A stretch of DNA of 64,000 nucleotides from Phoronis australis (lineage: Eukaryota; Animalia; Phoronida). The DNA is taken from positions 447,892 through 511,891 of the forward strand of contig NMRA01000204.1 of NCBI GenBank assembly GCA_002633005.1, written 5' to 3'. A program made the translations under genes and the position numbers. Shown here one piece after another: positions 24,423 through 37,200 of the stretch. Position 1 is the stretch's first letter, and every line of letters begins with the position of its first letter. The notes under the pieces were generated by a model. The model had not been told where the DNA came from. It did no database searches and was given only the letters and a program-made list of their open reading frames with translations.

Positions 24423-27400
24423 ATGAAGACCGCTGCATTTTTCTTTGCTTTGTTGGTCATCACGTCTGTGATTACTACAACGTAAGTACAACTATGAATT
24501 TAATACTGCAACTTTATTTACCGTATATGCGCTAACTGCGAAGCGATACATTATTAACGAAAAATATTAACGCAATTTTGGCACTACATTTGGATGGGGT
24601 AGACTTTTTGAAGTTATTAGTTTTGACATAGCCATGAAACGATGAAATTCGTTGTATTTCTCCCTGCTGGTTACCAGATATTCACTGAGTTCAGGGCCGG
24701 TGACTATACTTGTTAAATACACTAAAATACATTGCTGTGGAGAGTTTGGCTGCGATGTGAGAACTTTGAATTTCTGATTCCGTACTGGTGATAATCTCGG
24801 AAAAAGAAGACTTTTTCGCGGTTTAATGTGACTAAAAAAATATATTGTACAATTATTGACTTTCGCCGAAGGCATTATCGCATTTTTGGGGTTTGGATAC
24901 CAACACGTTGACTGAGTGTGGAAGACAATAATTGTTTTATTATAAGATTACATCATGGAAGGAGGTTACGTTTGAGCTTTCGATCGTATGTCGGTCATTC
25001 GTTAGGTTAGTCAGCTACCAAGCTCATACTAAAAACATTTTGGAGAGATTCTGAAAAAGACTTCCAGGAGATGCTCGGAATGAGCAAAGAAGAAACCGAT
25101 TATATTTTTGGAAAGATATGGTACATTGCGGTCATACAACGAAGGTTATAGGCAATCGGTGCACATAGCGTCGTGGTGAAAACTGCAGTACCTTGTTGCA
25201 GATTTTTATTCAACCGGTAGTTATTTGAATTGCTCAAACTCACAAATTGTATACCAAAAAGACCAAAAGCAATACAAAGGCTTTCGAATTCTGCGACGTC
25301 CTGGAAGCGCAATGGCAAAGCAGTGGCTTCTGAACAAGATGATCTTAGCAACACAACTATCACTGATGCCGTCGGATTTGATAGGGGTGACCAATCCTTG
25401 AAAGATGGAGCCACTTTATACGAAGTAATAGATGATGTCGAGACCAGGGGCCTTCTTGAAGAGTCTACAGCCAAAAGTTGATCCTTTGTCTTTGGCCTTC
25501 AATTATCTCCCGAGCAGGCTACGGATTTCCGTCTTTTGGCTTTCGAGTTATTGACAGAATATTTGACTTTCGGCCTTAGCCTGCTTTCGCAATTCATACT
25601 ACGCCATCTGTTGACTGATGTTTAGCCAAAAGACAACTGACTTCGAGACACGGAACTCTGGGCTCGGAGTCTTGAATACTAAAATATTGGAGTGTGGAAA
25701 GAAAATTCATGAAAGTTGACAATTACTTTAAGGTGACATTATCGGCGACGACAATATTGTGTACTTGAGATCAGCCCCATGACGAACTCGAACCCACGAC
25801 CTCTGCGGTCGCAGTCCACTCTTCTCGAAAGGCTAATAACTGAGACAATGCGTGTTTAATTGGTAAGGTCACCGCCTCGATTTTAATTATTTCCTATGAA
25901 TGGAAGCCTTTATCGGAAATAGCGATTTCTATAACAAAAACACAGCTGATTTGCTGTCTTATAGCTGTGGTCAAGCTAATAATATTTTTAAAAAACAACA
26001 ATTAATACTTTTATCCGGAATGCTTGGACCACTGTCGAAATATATGTTATATTTTTAAAACATTTTTATTAGGAAGCTTAACTCACTGTCTAAGTTTCTA
26101 ACATCTTGGGTACTTGTATTACAGAGTTGTAGAGGCTTTTACTGCAAATGTGATGGGTGCAAGAATTGATCGGCGTGCAGAGTCCAATGCCGAAGAGTTC
26201 CAGAAACAACTAACAGTGGAAGAAATGAACCATGAGGCGAGGTTAGTTTAGTGTTAATGTTAAACTCTATTTGATACAGTTGATTCTGTACTGTCTTTTA
26301 AGGGGAGATCTATGTGGTACTGACAGATTTTTATTGGTTGATGTATGCACACCAATTCGCCACCACTCAGAAATCCTATGCAGCGATTTCACTAGGCAAT
26401 GACCATCGACTCTGTTGGCCCGACCAGAGGCGATGCAGCTCCTATAGGAGCTCCATACGCCGGAAGATTTTCGGCGAATTATGACTTTTTTGTGACTTTG
26501 ATGTTTTAGTCGGTGCGAGGCATAATTCGCCGAAAAGCTTCCGGCATGGAGCGCCTATAGGAGCTGCATCGCCTCTGGTTGGGCCAACAGAGGCGATGGT
26601 CATTGCCTATGATCTCACTGCATACAGACATTGAAGTACCGTGGCGGGGTCACGGCTCGTAAGCTAAAAGCGTAATATATTGGCGTTTTCGTTCAACAAA
26701 AGGCAACATTTCACAAATGTGGGAATTAATAAAGATGATTAGAATTTCAAGTACTGTAACGTACTAATAATAAATGTACCTATTTGCATCTAATTTCTTA
26801 CAAAATAAATAAGTAATCATGTGTTCAGAAGGAAATTCTTGATAATTAGATGTGTATCACACATCATTGCATCGTATTGTCGATACACTAAAACATGACA
26901 AATTCAATTTATCTCTCTCGTTCCGCATTAGAACAGTACAAATTATTGGACAGTAATCTCTGTAAAGGATTTTCTTGGCAAAATTAGGCGTGCAATATCT
27001 TAGTCTTTTCTACACACTTTGATTAGTGGCTAACGACTGTAGTTGTATGCAGTCAATCGGAGCGTGTAGCGGACAAGTGACGTCACTGATACGACTCTTC
27101 AAGCTAAAAAGACTCAGTTATGAAGTTGTTTACGAAAATTGGAGTCTGTTGACAGCGGTCTAAAGGTCGTAAATAATATGAAAAATCGAAGTTTGTTAAC
27201 AGGGGTTTAAACCACAAATCGCGTACTACTTTTGATCCAACGTATCAGATATTGTTTTTACTCATTCGTTCGTTCATTAGTATAGTGATGTATGTTATGT
27301 AATTTTTATGTTTGACTAATGGTTGTCTGTTTTCAACAACTATTTTAAAAGGATACTAAAGTCTAACCTAGTTATCTCCCCTGATAATTCAACATTGATA

Positions 27401-27705
27401 TCTTACTTGAGTGATGAAAGTAGATTTAACTAAAACACATATTCATTACGTCAAAGAATGGTCATGATGGTTCTTGATTAGTGGACCAAGGCGTAGGCCA
27501 CGGTTTCCCGTTTAGCTAACTTTGCAAGGAAATTTGAAAATTTCCTCCAATTTTTTCAGTGAGGAAATAAACGAATTGAACTGAACATTGGGTCGGAGTA
27601 GGTGTTTACATGATTGTATTTAACAATCAGACCATAGAGACCGTATTTTATATAAATGGAATGTCAGCTATTGGATCATACAAGAACTTTTTTTTCAGAA
27701 ACTGA
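24423..27705 (+). CDS. Putative secreted prepropeptide B, 60 aa (coding exons 24423-24481, 26125-26241, 27699-27705): MKTAAFFFALLVITSVITTTVVEA-FTANVMGARID-RR-AESNAEEFQKQLTVEEMNHEARN
   Basis: TATATATA at ~24212; non-coding exon donor at 24287; acceptor tttctag and accATG. Phase-2 GT-AG introns in compatible phase; AATAAA at 27773. If the last intron is not spliced the protein ends HEARLV*. Confidence 0.7.
26393..26609. mobile_element. Hairpin MITE with degenerate 9-bp TSD
   Basis: taggcaatgaccatcg...cgatggtcattgccta, nearly fully palindromic. Flanks cgatttcac / tgatctcac; the empty site is seen in the paralogous copy at ~32540. Confidence 0.8.
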
Positions 27706-29234
27706 CGGAATGTACCGAAGTGAAGAAAATGTCTGGACCCGGGTGTAATTTGTTTGGAGATATTCCGATTTCAATAAAGTTATAGGCTTGCTGGAAGACC
27801 GAGTTGTGTTTTGTACTGAAAGAAAAGCGGTCACTGTTGTTACGTAACCATCGGATTAGCCAGACATGCCATATGTAAATACATTAGTCCATATGAGGAA
27901 AACATACTAAAATATGATGTAACTAGTTAGGGAAAAACTAAAGGCTAGCAACAGGTTGTACAAAGAACTCGAACAAAATATACTAATATGCGATTTAAAG
28001 AACACATCAGAATCATAAATAGCAAGTTGAACAATTTAGGAGTTAGTAGAAACAAAAAGTCGACATAAAAAAAGAAAAATAAGGTTGCAAAGAGTACCTT
28101 TATATTGCTGAAAGTATAAAATTAGACGGTAGATAACATATGTACCCAATGGAAATGAAACTATTCTTACGTAGACTTCATATGTGAGGAACTTACGTCT
28201 AAACTTTAATGTTAAAGAAGTATTTCAACGTTTAGCAGGCTAAACAGCGAAAATTGAACTAGGCCTGTTCAAGTAGGTGTAATCACTCATTTAAGCATAA
28301 CTGGTTTGAAAATTTGGCAGGAAGTAACGCGAAAACGTTTTGGACCACATTACATTCGACTTGAGTCCCGTTCTTTGCGAGAAACCGTCACAGCATCCTC
28401 ATCTCTGTTATTACTAATTCCGCCTCATCTCAAAAACATAGAGCATGGAGTCATAGTTGTGTATACAAATTTCCCTTACCCCTGAATAAGTTGCGTCAAC
28501 TGAGGGCCTTAATGTAAACTCCAGTGTTGACGTTTGCAAAATATCAAAGGTCCACCGTTCAAGAAATTTGAACCACCCCCTGCGCCATGCTGGCTACGGG
28601 CCTGAGATTGCTGCAGCTACAGGTACTGCTAACTACACTGATAACTAAGTTAGCAATAATGCATCGGGCCGTACCCGGCCAACTTCGCTTGAGTGGTGTT
28701 TGTTTACATGTAGATGGCGATCGTGCAAACGATAAGAGAAGGCTTTACGTTATTCATCAGTATTGAACGCGCGTGGTGACTTCACCAAAGGGTGAACAAG
28801 GGAGTATAGAAGTGAATATCTATACCTAGAACTCTTGTCCTATGACCTAAGTAAGATATATATCAGCGAGAGAGCTCCCAAAAAGTAGTGCAGTGTGAAT
28901 GCTTTGAAATTGACTAAGAAACAAAACAGCCGAAAATGGATGTTTGCCATTTGGTGGATTGACATGCGTGCGTGTACATGTGTGTGCGTTTCCGTTCTTT
29001 TGAATTCAGTTCACGCCTACGGTAAGTTCTCTATAGGCAGTCCTCCGTCGTGCTCAAAAACCAGACATTTAACTGACGTGTTCACTTGAACCGAAAAAAC
29101 TCCGACGAGCATGTTCACTTTATTCGGGAAAAGTAGGCCTAGAACTCAACTTTGGTCAACGAAGAAAGTCTTCTCTTGTCAATCAGTGTCAACAAACTTG
29201 ATGGAAAAGATTTCCAAGGTTACATGTCACTATG

Positions 29235-29910
29235 CCAAAGGTCCACTTCTCCGAAGGTTCACTACTCCGAAAGTTCGCAACCTTCGAAAATTCATTACTC
29301 CAAATTTCCACATTTCCGAAACCAGAACTCCGACAGTTCATTACTCTGATTGCCTGCTCACGACCCATTCTCAACTGCAGGGTCAACATCTGCGGCACGC
29401 GTCGGCAGGGCTGCGACGACCAACCGGTTTTAAATTTAAGAAGACTGAATGGGACACTCTGACTTCGTGAAGATTGACAGGGACAGGGTGGGGGTACTGA
29501 CTACGTCTAGTTTCGACCATATCATGCGCATGGTTCCTTGGGTTAGGTTGAGGCACAGGGGCCAGCCTTAACTTTTCAATCGTGCTGGGATACGTTCTTG
29601 ACATGGATTTGAAAAATGAATCGTGGTTGATAATTCATCAATATTCTTAGTTCATATTCTTTTTAAAAATTGCAAGTACGCACTCATTTTTCCGTATTCG
29701 TAAGACATACGGGCAATTTCGCATGCGTATGAAATCCAAACTAAGCGCTTTTAGTACCCGGGAGTTGTTTTCGGTATAGGTACACCACTGAGTACATCTA
29801 ATACTAAAACCGAAGTATCGTTTGTTTTTAATTTAAAGCATATCAATTTCACCTGAGTCCGAAATTTTAGATATTCGGAGCAGTGAACCTTCGAAGTAGT
29901 GAACCTCCCA
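29235..29910. mobile_element. MITE-like element with short tccgaa-containing subterminal repeats
   Basis: ggttcactactccgaa-type units at 29240-29345 are mirrored by ttcggagcagtgaacc / ttcgaagtagtgaacc at 29875-29908. Confidence 0.55.
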
Positions 29911-30789
29911 CAAAGTGGGGTGTTCCTATTTCCAGCGATGTAAGCAAGTTAAGTAACACGCAAAAATACAACCAGATAAACAATTTCGTCAAGTTATTCT
30001 CCAACTAAAATTCATATTTCCGTCCGAGTATGTAATGAGGTGTAATCACACATTTAAGCATGCCCGATTTGAAATTTTAGCAGGAGGTAACGCAAGAGCG
30101 TTCTCTTGCTGGACCACATTGCATCCGAATTTGTGTCCCGTTCTTTGTGAGCAACCGTCACAGCATCCTCGTTTCTGGTATTACAAATTCCTTCTCATCT
30201 CAGGAACATGGAGTTGTGAGTCATCGTTATGTATACAGATTTCCCTCCCCCGTAATTAAGCCGCGTCAAGGGTCTTATCGAAAACTACAGTTCCGACGAT
30301 CAAAAGTCCACAGTTCTAGAAATTTGAACCACCCCACGCCCATTGGTAGCTACGGGCTTAAACATAGAGCAGAACGAACTACAGGTCAATTTGAAGTACC
30401 CCTAGCTGGGCAGCAGTGTGGACGGTGTGGTAAAGTGTGGAAATGTGATGAAGGTATCGTCGAAATAAAATGTCCATATGGCTTGTCACCATAGAGGGCT
30501 ATGCACCTAACAGCCTATGCTAAAGATGCAAACTTTTTGTTCTGTGGCTGACGGTGAACTTCCCCTTAAATATGATCACAGCTATACATATCAGGTTATG
30601 GGTGAGAGAAAGCCATTTGTGATCTAGACTGCACTATTACCATCTTTACAATTTTTTTCTCGTTCAATGTTTACGTGTATGGGATGAAAGTTAATATGCA
30701 AAATTGACAAGTTAAAATGTGGACATTTCACCTTCAAATAACAATGTTCTCCCGCCTTTGACTTTGGTATAAAATGAAAGAATTGCAGA

Positions 30790-31660
30790 AGTATATGGTA
30801 AATGTATTTATTGACAAAACCAGATGAAAATCAAACGATTCGAACAAGGTTACTTAACAACCACAACTTTTATCATTTGTGAGTTAAAAGTCTGCTTGAA
30901 CAGAGATGGCAGGAATCAAATGTGCCTCACTGAGTGGAATTTTTCGTTGTAATACTGCTATTTCTTTATTTGTTCCATCTTCATCTCAAACACGATACGA
31001 GCTGACGCAATTCGTTGTGTGTTGAAAAACTCTTTTGATGTCAATGTCCCTAATTACTTTTTCTTGGTGAGACATACAGCCATATAGCAGGGATCTATAA
31101 ATCTCCCACTGTGAAACCCTTGTCAGCCATAACCACATCCCCTGGCTCTAACTGAGACAAGAGACTGTCATGTTCCCTGATCTGTGTGTCAGATGCCCGT
31201 CCACCCCAAACGCGTAAAACAAAGTTAACCATTCCACTGGGAGTTACGCCTACTAAGCACCTTAACTGTATTACTGTGTTTGTACTCGGACCATTTCTGC
31301 CACTGAGCCATTAGGGAAGACGGTTTTTCAATAAAAAATCTCTCTACAATCCACAACTGTTCTGACTTCGGGGAAAGTCGACGAAAGCATTTGGCAAACT
31401 AAATAGCACCTGTTCACCTGTTGCCCAGGGTATGGAAGCTTTGGAGTGGTGGAAAATGAAATTTAGCCACGTGTTAATGACTTGAAACAGTAGACTCACT
31501 AGTAAAAACATATGTGCAAGGTGTCTCTGAAGGAGGCTCAGTCGGAATTGTAGGCAAACCATCAAAACTTATCAAGATTTCTTTGCGGTTCTGGTTTCGT
31601 GGCATTCTGCGGTGTGTATGGTTTTTCGGCTGCCCAGTTCTGCTAATTCTCACCACCCCA
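30790..31660 (-). pseudogene. PIF/Harbinger-related (ISL2EU-type, DDE_Tnp_4) transposase relic
   Basis: Across frameshifts: HLAHMF..SESTVS..INTW, VVDC.EIFIEKPSSL.AQ...WSEYKHSNT, LVGVTPSG, WGGRASD, PGDVVMADKGF, RIASARI. Several stops. Confidence 0.8.
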
Positions 31661-32469
31661 GTAAGTCAGTTTATCAGCACCATACTGGACAAGATGCTTC
31701 CTCACTGGAGCAGTGTTCAGAGCACATTCTGGTCCCACCCACCACTCAAAATTAAATTTTGCCTTACATTTTTAATAGCTGAATCCGTTTCTTTTGCAGT
31801 TCTGTTTTAGCAGATATTCTATGTAATGTCACTTTTTACCACTGTCCAAAACAGTAGCTGACGTGTTGTGACAAAAGGTACACAACAGTTTCTATTACCC
31901 CATGCATCAACAGTAAGATTAAATTGATGAACTGTCCGTAACTTAATTTAAGAAATAAGTTGAGCTAAAGCTGTACACAGCAACCAAATAAATTAAACCA
32001 AAGAATTTATGCACAAGCCACATATCGCATTGAACTGTATAATGAAAAACGCCGACGAAAAATCGCCGGGGACACCAGATTCCACGGCGCTGTTCAACTG
32101 AAGACGTACCGCGTGTTTTGTCAGCGTATTTTATAAGAGAATTACAGAAAATTACGTCTCAAAGTTTACATAACGTGCCTAATATATTTTTAAAGGTGAA
32201 ACAATTACCTATTTTTAAAAGTTAACTTTATAAGGCCCGAAATTGCTGTAAAATTATTTTGCGAATACGAATGCCAAACACGCTCGTAAGTAACCCGCTT
32301 CAAGACAAAATTTGACCAAAAATAACACTAAAAACATATAAATACGACACACATGTGTTATACATATTATATTTAATACACCATCGTCACTTACAATTTA
32401 ATACAGATGGTATGCATCGTCAATTTTTAATAACAACACTGATGAGTAACCCAGACACTAAGGTGAGAT

Positions 32470-33488
32470 CTAGGTACTGCTAGACTTTGATTGGTTGATG
32501 TATGCACACCAATTCGCCACTACTGAGAAATCCTATGCAGTGATTTCATTTCATACAGACATTGAAGTACCATGCCAGGGACACGGTTTGTGAGCTAAAA
32601 CATAATATAACGGCGTTTTCGTTAAACAAAACACAGCATTTCAGAAATGTGCGAATAAAAAAGAGACGATTACAATTCCATGTACTGTATACTACTAAAA
32701 ATAAGTGTAACCCTTTGTGTCTAATTTCTGAGAAGTTGCACAGGTGAACATTGCCTCATAAAAGCATGTGTTCAAAAGGATATTCTTGATAATTAGATGT
32801 GTATCGCAACTCAGTGCATCGTATTGTCGATACCCTAAAACTTGTGATAGATTCAAACTATCTCACTCGGTCGCGAATAAAAACAACACAAAGTGATTGG
32901 CCAATAATCTCTTTAAAGGATTTCATTGACAAAAGTGGGCGTGCAGTATCTTAGTCTTGTCTACACGATTTGATTAGTCGCTCACGACTGTAGTTGTGTA
33001 CAGTCAATCGGAGCGTGTGACGGACAGGTGACTTGACTGATACTATTCTTCAAGCTGAAAATTCGTATTATACGGAGTCTGTTAACAAGGTTCCAGAATC
33101 GTAAATACGAAAAACGGGAGTTTGTTACCATGGGTTTAAACGACAAATCACGTACGACTTCTGATCCATCGTATGAGATACTGTTTTTATTTCGTTCATT
33201 AATGTAGCGAATTTGCGATTTAAAGAACAAATCAGAATCACCAGTAGCAACAATAGAGGAGTTAATAGAAACAGAAAGCCGACATAAAAAACAAAAAGTA
33301 AAGTTACCGTGAGTAGGTTTGCATAGCTGAAAGTAAAAAATGGACAGTATGTATATTAGATATCAAATTTACCAGTAGGAAATGAAACGATTCTTACGGA
33401 GACTTGCTATGATTTGAGGAACTTACGTCTAAATTCTAATGCTAAACATGTATTTCAACGTTTAGCAGGCTAAAAAGCGAAAATTGAA
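32470..33488 (+). repeat. Diverged duplicate of 26310-28258, lacking the MITE and the ~27270-27985 block
   Basis: Colinear shared blocks: attggttgatgtatgcacaccaattcgccac, ttcttgataattagatgtgtatc, cagtcaatcggagcgtg, tgcgatttaaagaaca, gaggaacttacgtctaaa, tttcaacgtttagcaggctaaa. Confidence 0.8.
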
Positions 33489-34809
33489 GTATTCCTTTTG
33501 CTCTCTTAATATTCCTTATCACTATAAGATTCTATTTCTATTGGTAACAGCGACTCAAGGAAACACTTCAGAGTTTATTGGGGTTGGCCAAACCTAAAAT
33601 TGCATATCAAAATGCGCACAAACACAATGTCTGGGGCTTGAGTTGCCGGCTCATTTGACAATAATTCAAGGTCGAATGATTGTGGTGTTTTTAAATCCAA
33701 AAGCGTTTCGATGAAGAATTCAATATTGACAGCTAAATGGTCAAAGTGTAGCATTAACTTTTTCGTACTGAACCAGTCCTTAGTTACACTACATTTCAAT
33801 TGTTTCTTCAAATACCACACAAAACCACTAGGCTGAATTTCAAAATATTTTCACTTTTATGCTCCGTTAATACAACTGTTATGAAAATGGGATTAAAATC
33901 CATATCGCGCCAACACTAGGTTGTAGACTATGCGTTTAGTCTAGTCACAATTGGCTTCCAATGCATCCCAGGGCATCAACTTTTAATTTGCAGTTTTGTG
34001 AAGCAAATAATTCAATAAAAATAACAATGACTTTGACACATCGAAAAAATGTCCCGTAAACGCCATTCATTAAAATTATTATCACCATTACCAAATTTTC
34101 GTTATTTTGCAATTAACTTCTCACCAACTTTCATAATTGAACTCATTAAGTCTCCCGCTGTACGTACTACGATATTTTCTAAGTAATTGATTGTTTCTAA
34201 TGAGTAGAAGACTGCAAATTAGCATTGAGTCTTCATTGAAGGACAATAGAAATTCGGTGTGTTAAGCCAATAAAAACACGAAAACATGACTCAGTCAGGT
34301 CACAGTGTAACGAATGTCACTAAATAATTGTCGTGTATTCAATTTAATACATACTCATAAATGCAATGCAGTAAAAACGGACAAAAACGTAAAATAACCA
34401 GTTTAAGACAAGTACATATAGCAGGGATGACACTCACCTATCTGCGCAGGCTGCGAAGATAGCAGCCCGGCTGGGCCGACAGGTGAAGCATGGGATCATG
34501 CGCCTGTATGGCAAACACTTGAACAAAAAAATTCTCTCCCAATACAGAAGCATGATTACTCTCCTATAGGCCTACGGAAAAGAAAAAATGGAAGAATTCT
34601 CGCCGAGAGACTACGCACTCAAAGAGTGTGATCAGGCACGCGGACATTATGACTAAAATGGCCTACGAGTGTTTTCTGAATACTCGTGAAAAATCTATTC
34701 CGTGACTGGCAGTTTCGGACTCTTGTTATTCATTCATTCACTACCAAGACCGAGCTCAGAGGAGTAGGAGACACTTTTGGGCAATGTTCGATTGCCTGCC
34801 AGTGAACCC

Positions 34810-34867
34810 AGGATTCGAACCCGGGTTGCCCTAACGGGCGTCCGGAGCTCTTAATCACCGAGCTACA
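34810..34867 (-). mobile_element. tRNA-derived SINE head fragment
   Basis: The minus strand reads tgtagctcggtgattaagagc...cccgggttcgaatcc (A and B boxes). Confidence 0.55.
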
Positions 34868-34895
34868 CTGAAATCTGTTAGAACTGGGGATATTT

Positions 34896-35435
34896 GTGAA
34901 TGGGGAAAGTCCCCCCACTTGTGTAAGTATGCCCAGACTCAACAAGGAGGCCCGCGCCGACATCCGCTCCTGGCTCCTCTTTCTTCGTCACTTCAATGGT
35001 AAATCTCTGCTTCTCTTCGACAAGTGGGTCTCGTCTTCCTCCATCAAGCTCTACACTGATGCCGCTTCGGTCCACGGCGGCTTTGCCGCTGTCCTCGGCT
35101 CCCACTGGTTTTCGGGCCCTTGGCCCCCGTCTACCTCTGACCTCCACATCACTTTCAAAGAACTCTTCCCAATCGTCCTCTCCATTGAGATTTGGGGTCA
35201 CAAGCTCTCCAACCACCACCTCCTTTTCATGTGTGACAACTCCGCCGTGGTCGAGATTATCAACAAATCTTCCTCTGTCAACAGGGACATTATGCGTCTT
35301 GTCCGCCGTCTCGTCGTCTCATGTCTTCGCCTCAACATCTTTGTTCGTGCAAAACATGTTCCCGGTTCCTCCAACTTTGTCGCTGATAGGCTCTCTCGTT
35401 TTCAATTTCAGGACGCCTTCTCCTTGGCTCAGTAG
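34896..35435 (+). pseudogene. C-terminal RT-connection/RNase H region of the YR retrotransposon (truncated, premature TAG)
   Basis: DIRS-type RNase H motifs. The second copy at ~54597 has TGG where this copy has TAG at 35433. Confidence 0.8.
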
Positions 35436-37200
35436 CTCGACCGGACCCCTACTCCCATTCCTCCGGCCCTCCTCGCATTCTAGACCACCTCCTCTCCTCC
35501 TCCCTCGCACCCGCTACCCTTCGCGCTTACTCCCGCATTGTCCACCATTTCACCTCCTTCCACTCCACCCACTCCCTCCTCCGACCCCCCTTTCCCGTGT
35601 CCTCTCCCACTCTGTCTTCCTACATCGCCCATCTCTACTCCTCTGGTTTCTCCTCCGCCACCATACACTCCTATATTTCGGCTCTCAGTTTCGTCCATAA
35701 GCTCGACTCCCTCCCTGACCCTACCTCCTCCTTCTACATTCGTCGACTCCTTCGCGGAGTTTCCAAATCACGTCCCTCCTCCGACACCCGCCTCCCCATC
35801 ACCTATGAGATACTCACCTCCCTCATCGACTCTATCCCTTCGTGCATTCCCAATCCCTTCACCATCGCCCTCTTAAAGGCCATGTTCCTCCTTGCGTTCC
35901 ACGCCTTCCTCCGCATCGGCGAATTTACCCTCCCTTCCCTTTCCTCCGATCCCTCTCTCACCCTCCAACGCTCCTCCGTCCAGTTTTTCTCCCCACCCTC
36001 TCAACCCCCCTACATGACTGTCACCATCTCCAATTTCAAACACCACCATTCCGCCCCTGTTACCCTTCACATCCCTTCCTCTCCCTCTCCCTACTGTCCT
36101 GTTGCCCACCTCCGGACCTACCTGGCCTTATCCCCCCGTTCGTCCGGCCCCCTTTTCCTCCTCGCCGACTCCTCCCCCGTCACACGTTCCTTCTTTACCC
36201 ACCAGCTCAATGCCGTTATAACCTCTGCCTCCCTTGACCCCTCCTTCTACAAGTCTCACAGTTTCCGCATCGGAGCCGCCACCTCTGCCGCAGCTCGCGG
36301 CCTCCCGGAGCCCGTCATCCAACGCATGGGCCGCTGGAAGTCCGACGCTGTCAAGGGTTACATCCGCATGTCAGTTTTCCCCCCACCTCGTCCCTAATTT
36401 CCCCCTCCCTCTTGTCCCTCCCTTCCCCAGGCCAGCCACCCGTTCCTCCCATTGGTGTCAGTATTGCCTGCACCTCCCTCGCTAGCATCTCTTTGCCTGC
36501 CCCTTCCCCATCCCCTCCGTCCCCTCCGTTCCGTATCTCGTTCGTCTCATTTGTAGATTATTTTATATTTTATATTTTCTTCTACCCTGTTAGCCATTTT
36601 GTTCGGCCTTTGCCTATATTTTGTGTTTCATTTATTCTTACTTGTTACTCTACCTTTATATCCGATTATTGTTAGCCTTAGTTCTCTGATATTAACTATT
36701 TTGTTATTCTCTGTTAGCCATTTTTGATTTGTCCTTAGCTTTATTTTTTATATTTTTCTCTCATTTCCTTTAGTTTTCGTACTCTCGTTTCGTACTCTAG
36801 CTTACCAGTCCGTGTATTCTTGTATGTTCGTTTTTCTCCCTTGTTTTTCCTCATTTATCTATTTTCTTTCCGCCATGACACGGGGTGAGACAACACCGGC
36901 ACCTGTTCCAGCCCTGGAAATCGTACCTCCCCCTCCGGTTCGGCACCCGGAGTTAGGGTTGGGTATCCGGCTGACAGCCTTTGTAAGTAGTCCTGCACCC
37001 CTTTTCTTTTCATTTCTCTCCCTTCGTGCGTCCCTGCGGATGGGCATGAGCTGTCTTACAACATCTCTGTGGCGCTTTTTATTGCCCATCTTACCAGAGA
37101 TTACCTATTATACTTATTTACCTGTATTCATTTTATTGTAATTGTACTAGTCATAATAAATGACCTTATATCGCCTACATCAGTCTCCTTTCATCTCTGG
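34930..37200 (+). mobile_element. 5'-truncated Ngaro/DIRS-group tyrosine-recombinase retrotransposon
   Basis: RNase H-like region (LYTDAA, ITFKELFPI, CDNSAVV, KHVPG..N.VADRLSR) followed by an overlapping YR ORF. Strongly C/T-rich plus strand; AATAAA near 37155. Confidence 0.88.
35480..36397 (+). CDS. Tyrosine recombinase of the Ngaro/DIRS element (open frame, no clear ATG)
   Basis: SLAPATLRAY N-terminal core-binding helix, AFHAFLRIGE, CPV, HSFRIGAAT, MGRWKSDA..GYIR; the catalytic R, H-x-x-R, W and Y residues are present. Confidence 0.85.
   Translation, partial: LDHLLSSSLAPATLRAYSRIVHHFTSFHSTHSLLRPPFPVSSPTLSSYIAHLYSSGFSSATIHSYISALSFVHKLDSLPDPTSSFYIRRLLRGVSKSRPSSDTRLPITYEILTSLIDSIPSCIPNPFTIALLKAMFLLAFHAFLRIGEFTLPSLSSDPSLTLQRSSVQFFSPPSQPPYMTVTISNFKHHHSAPVTLHIPSSPSPYCPVAHLRTYLALSPRSSGPLFLLADSSPVTRSFFTHQLNAVITSASLDPSFYKSHSFRIGAATSAAARGLPEPVIQRMGRWKSDAVKGYIRMSVFPPPRP

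Noticed and set aside
25230-25481. 83-aa plus-strand ORF inside the gene B intron
   Set aside because: TTG start and no motifs; the frame is not preserved in the duplicate near 50760-50935.
34996-36675. Pro/Ser-rich and Gly/Arg-rich alternative-frame ORFs
   Set aside because: Shadow frames of the C/T-skewed Ngaro/DIRS coding sequence.
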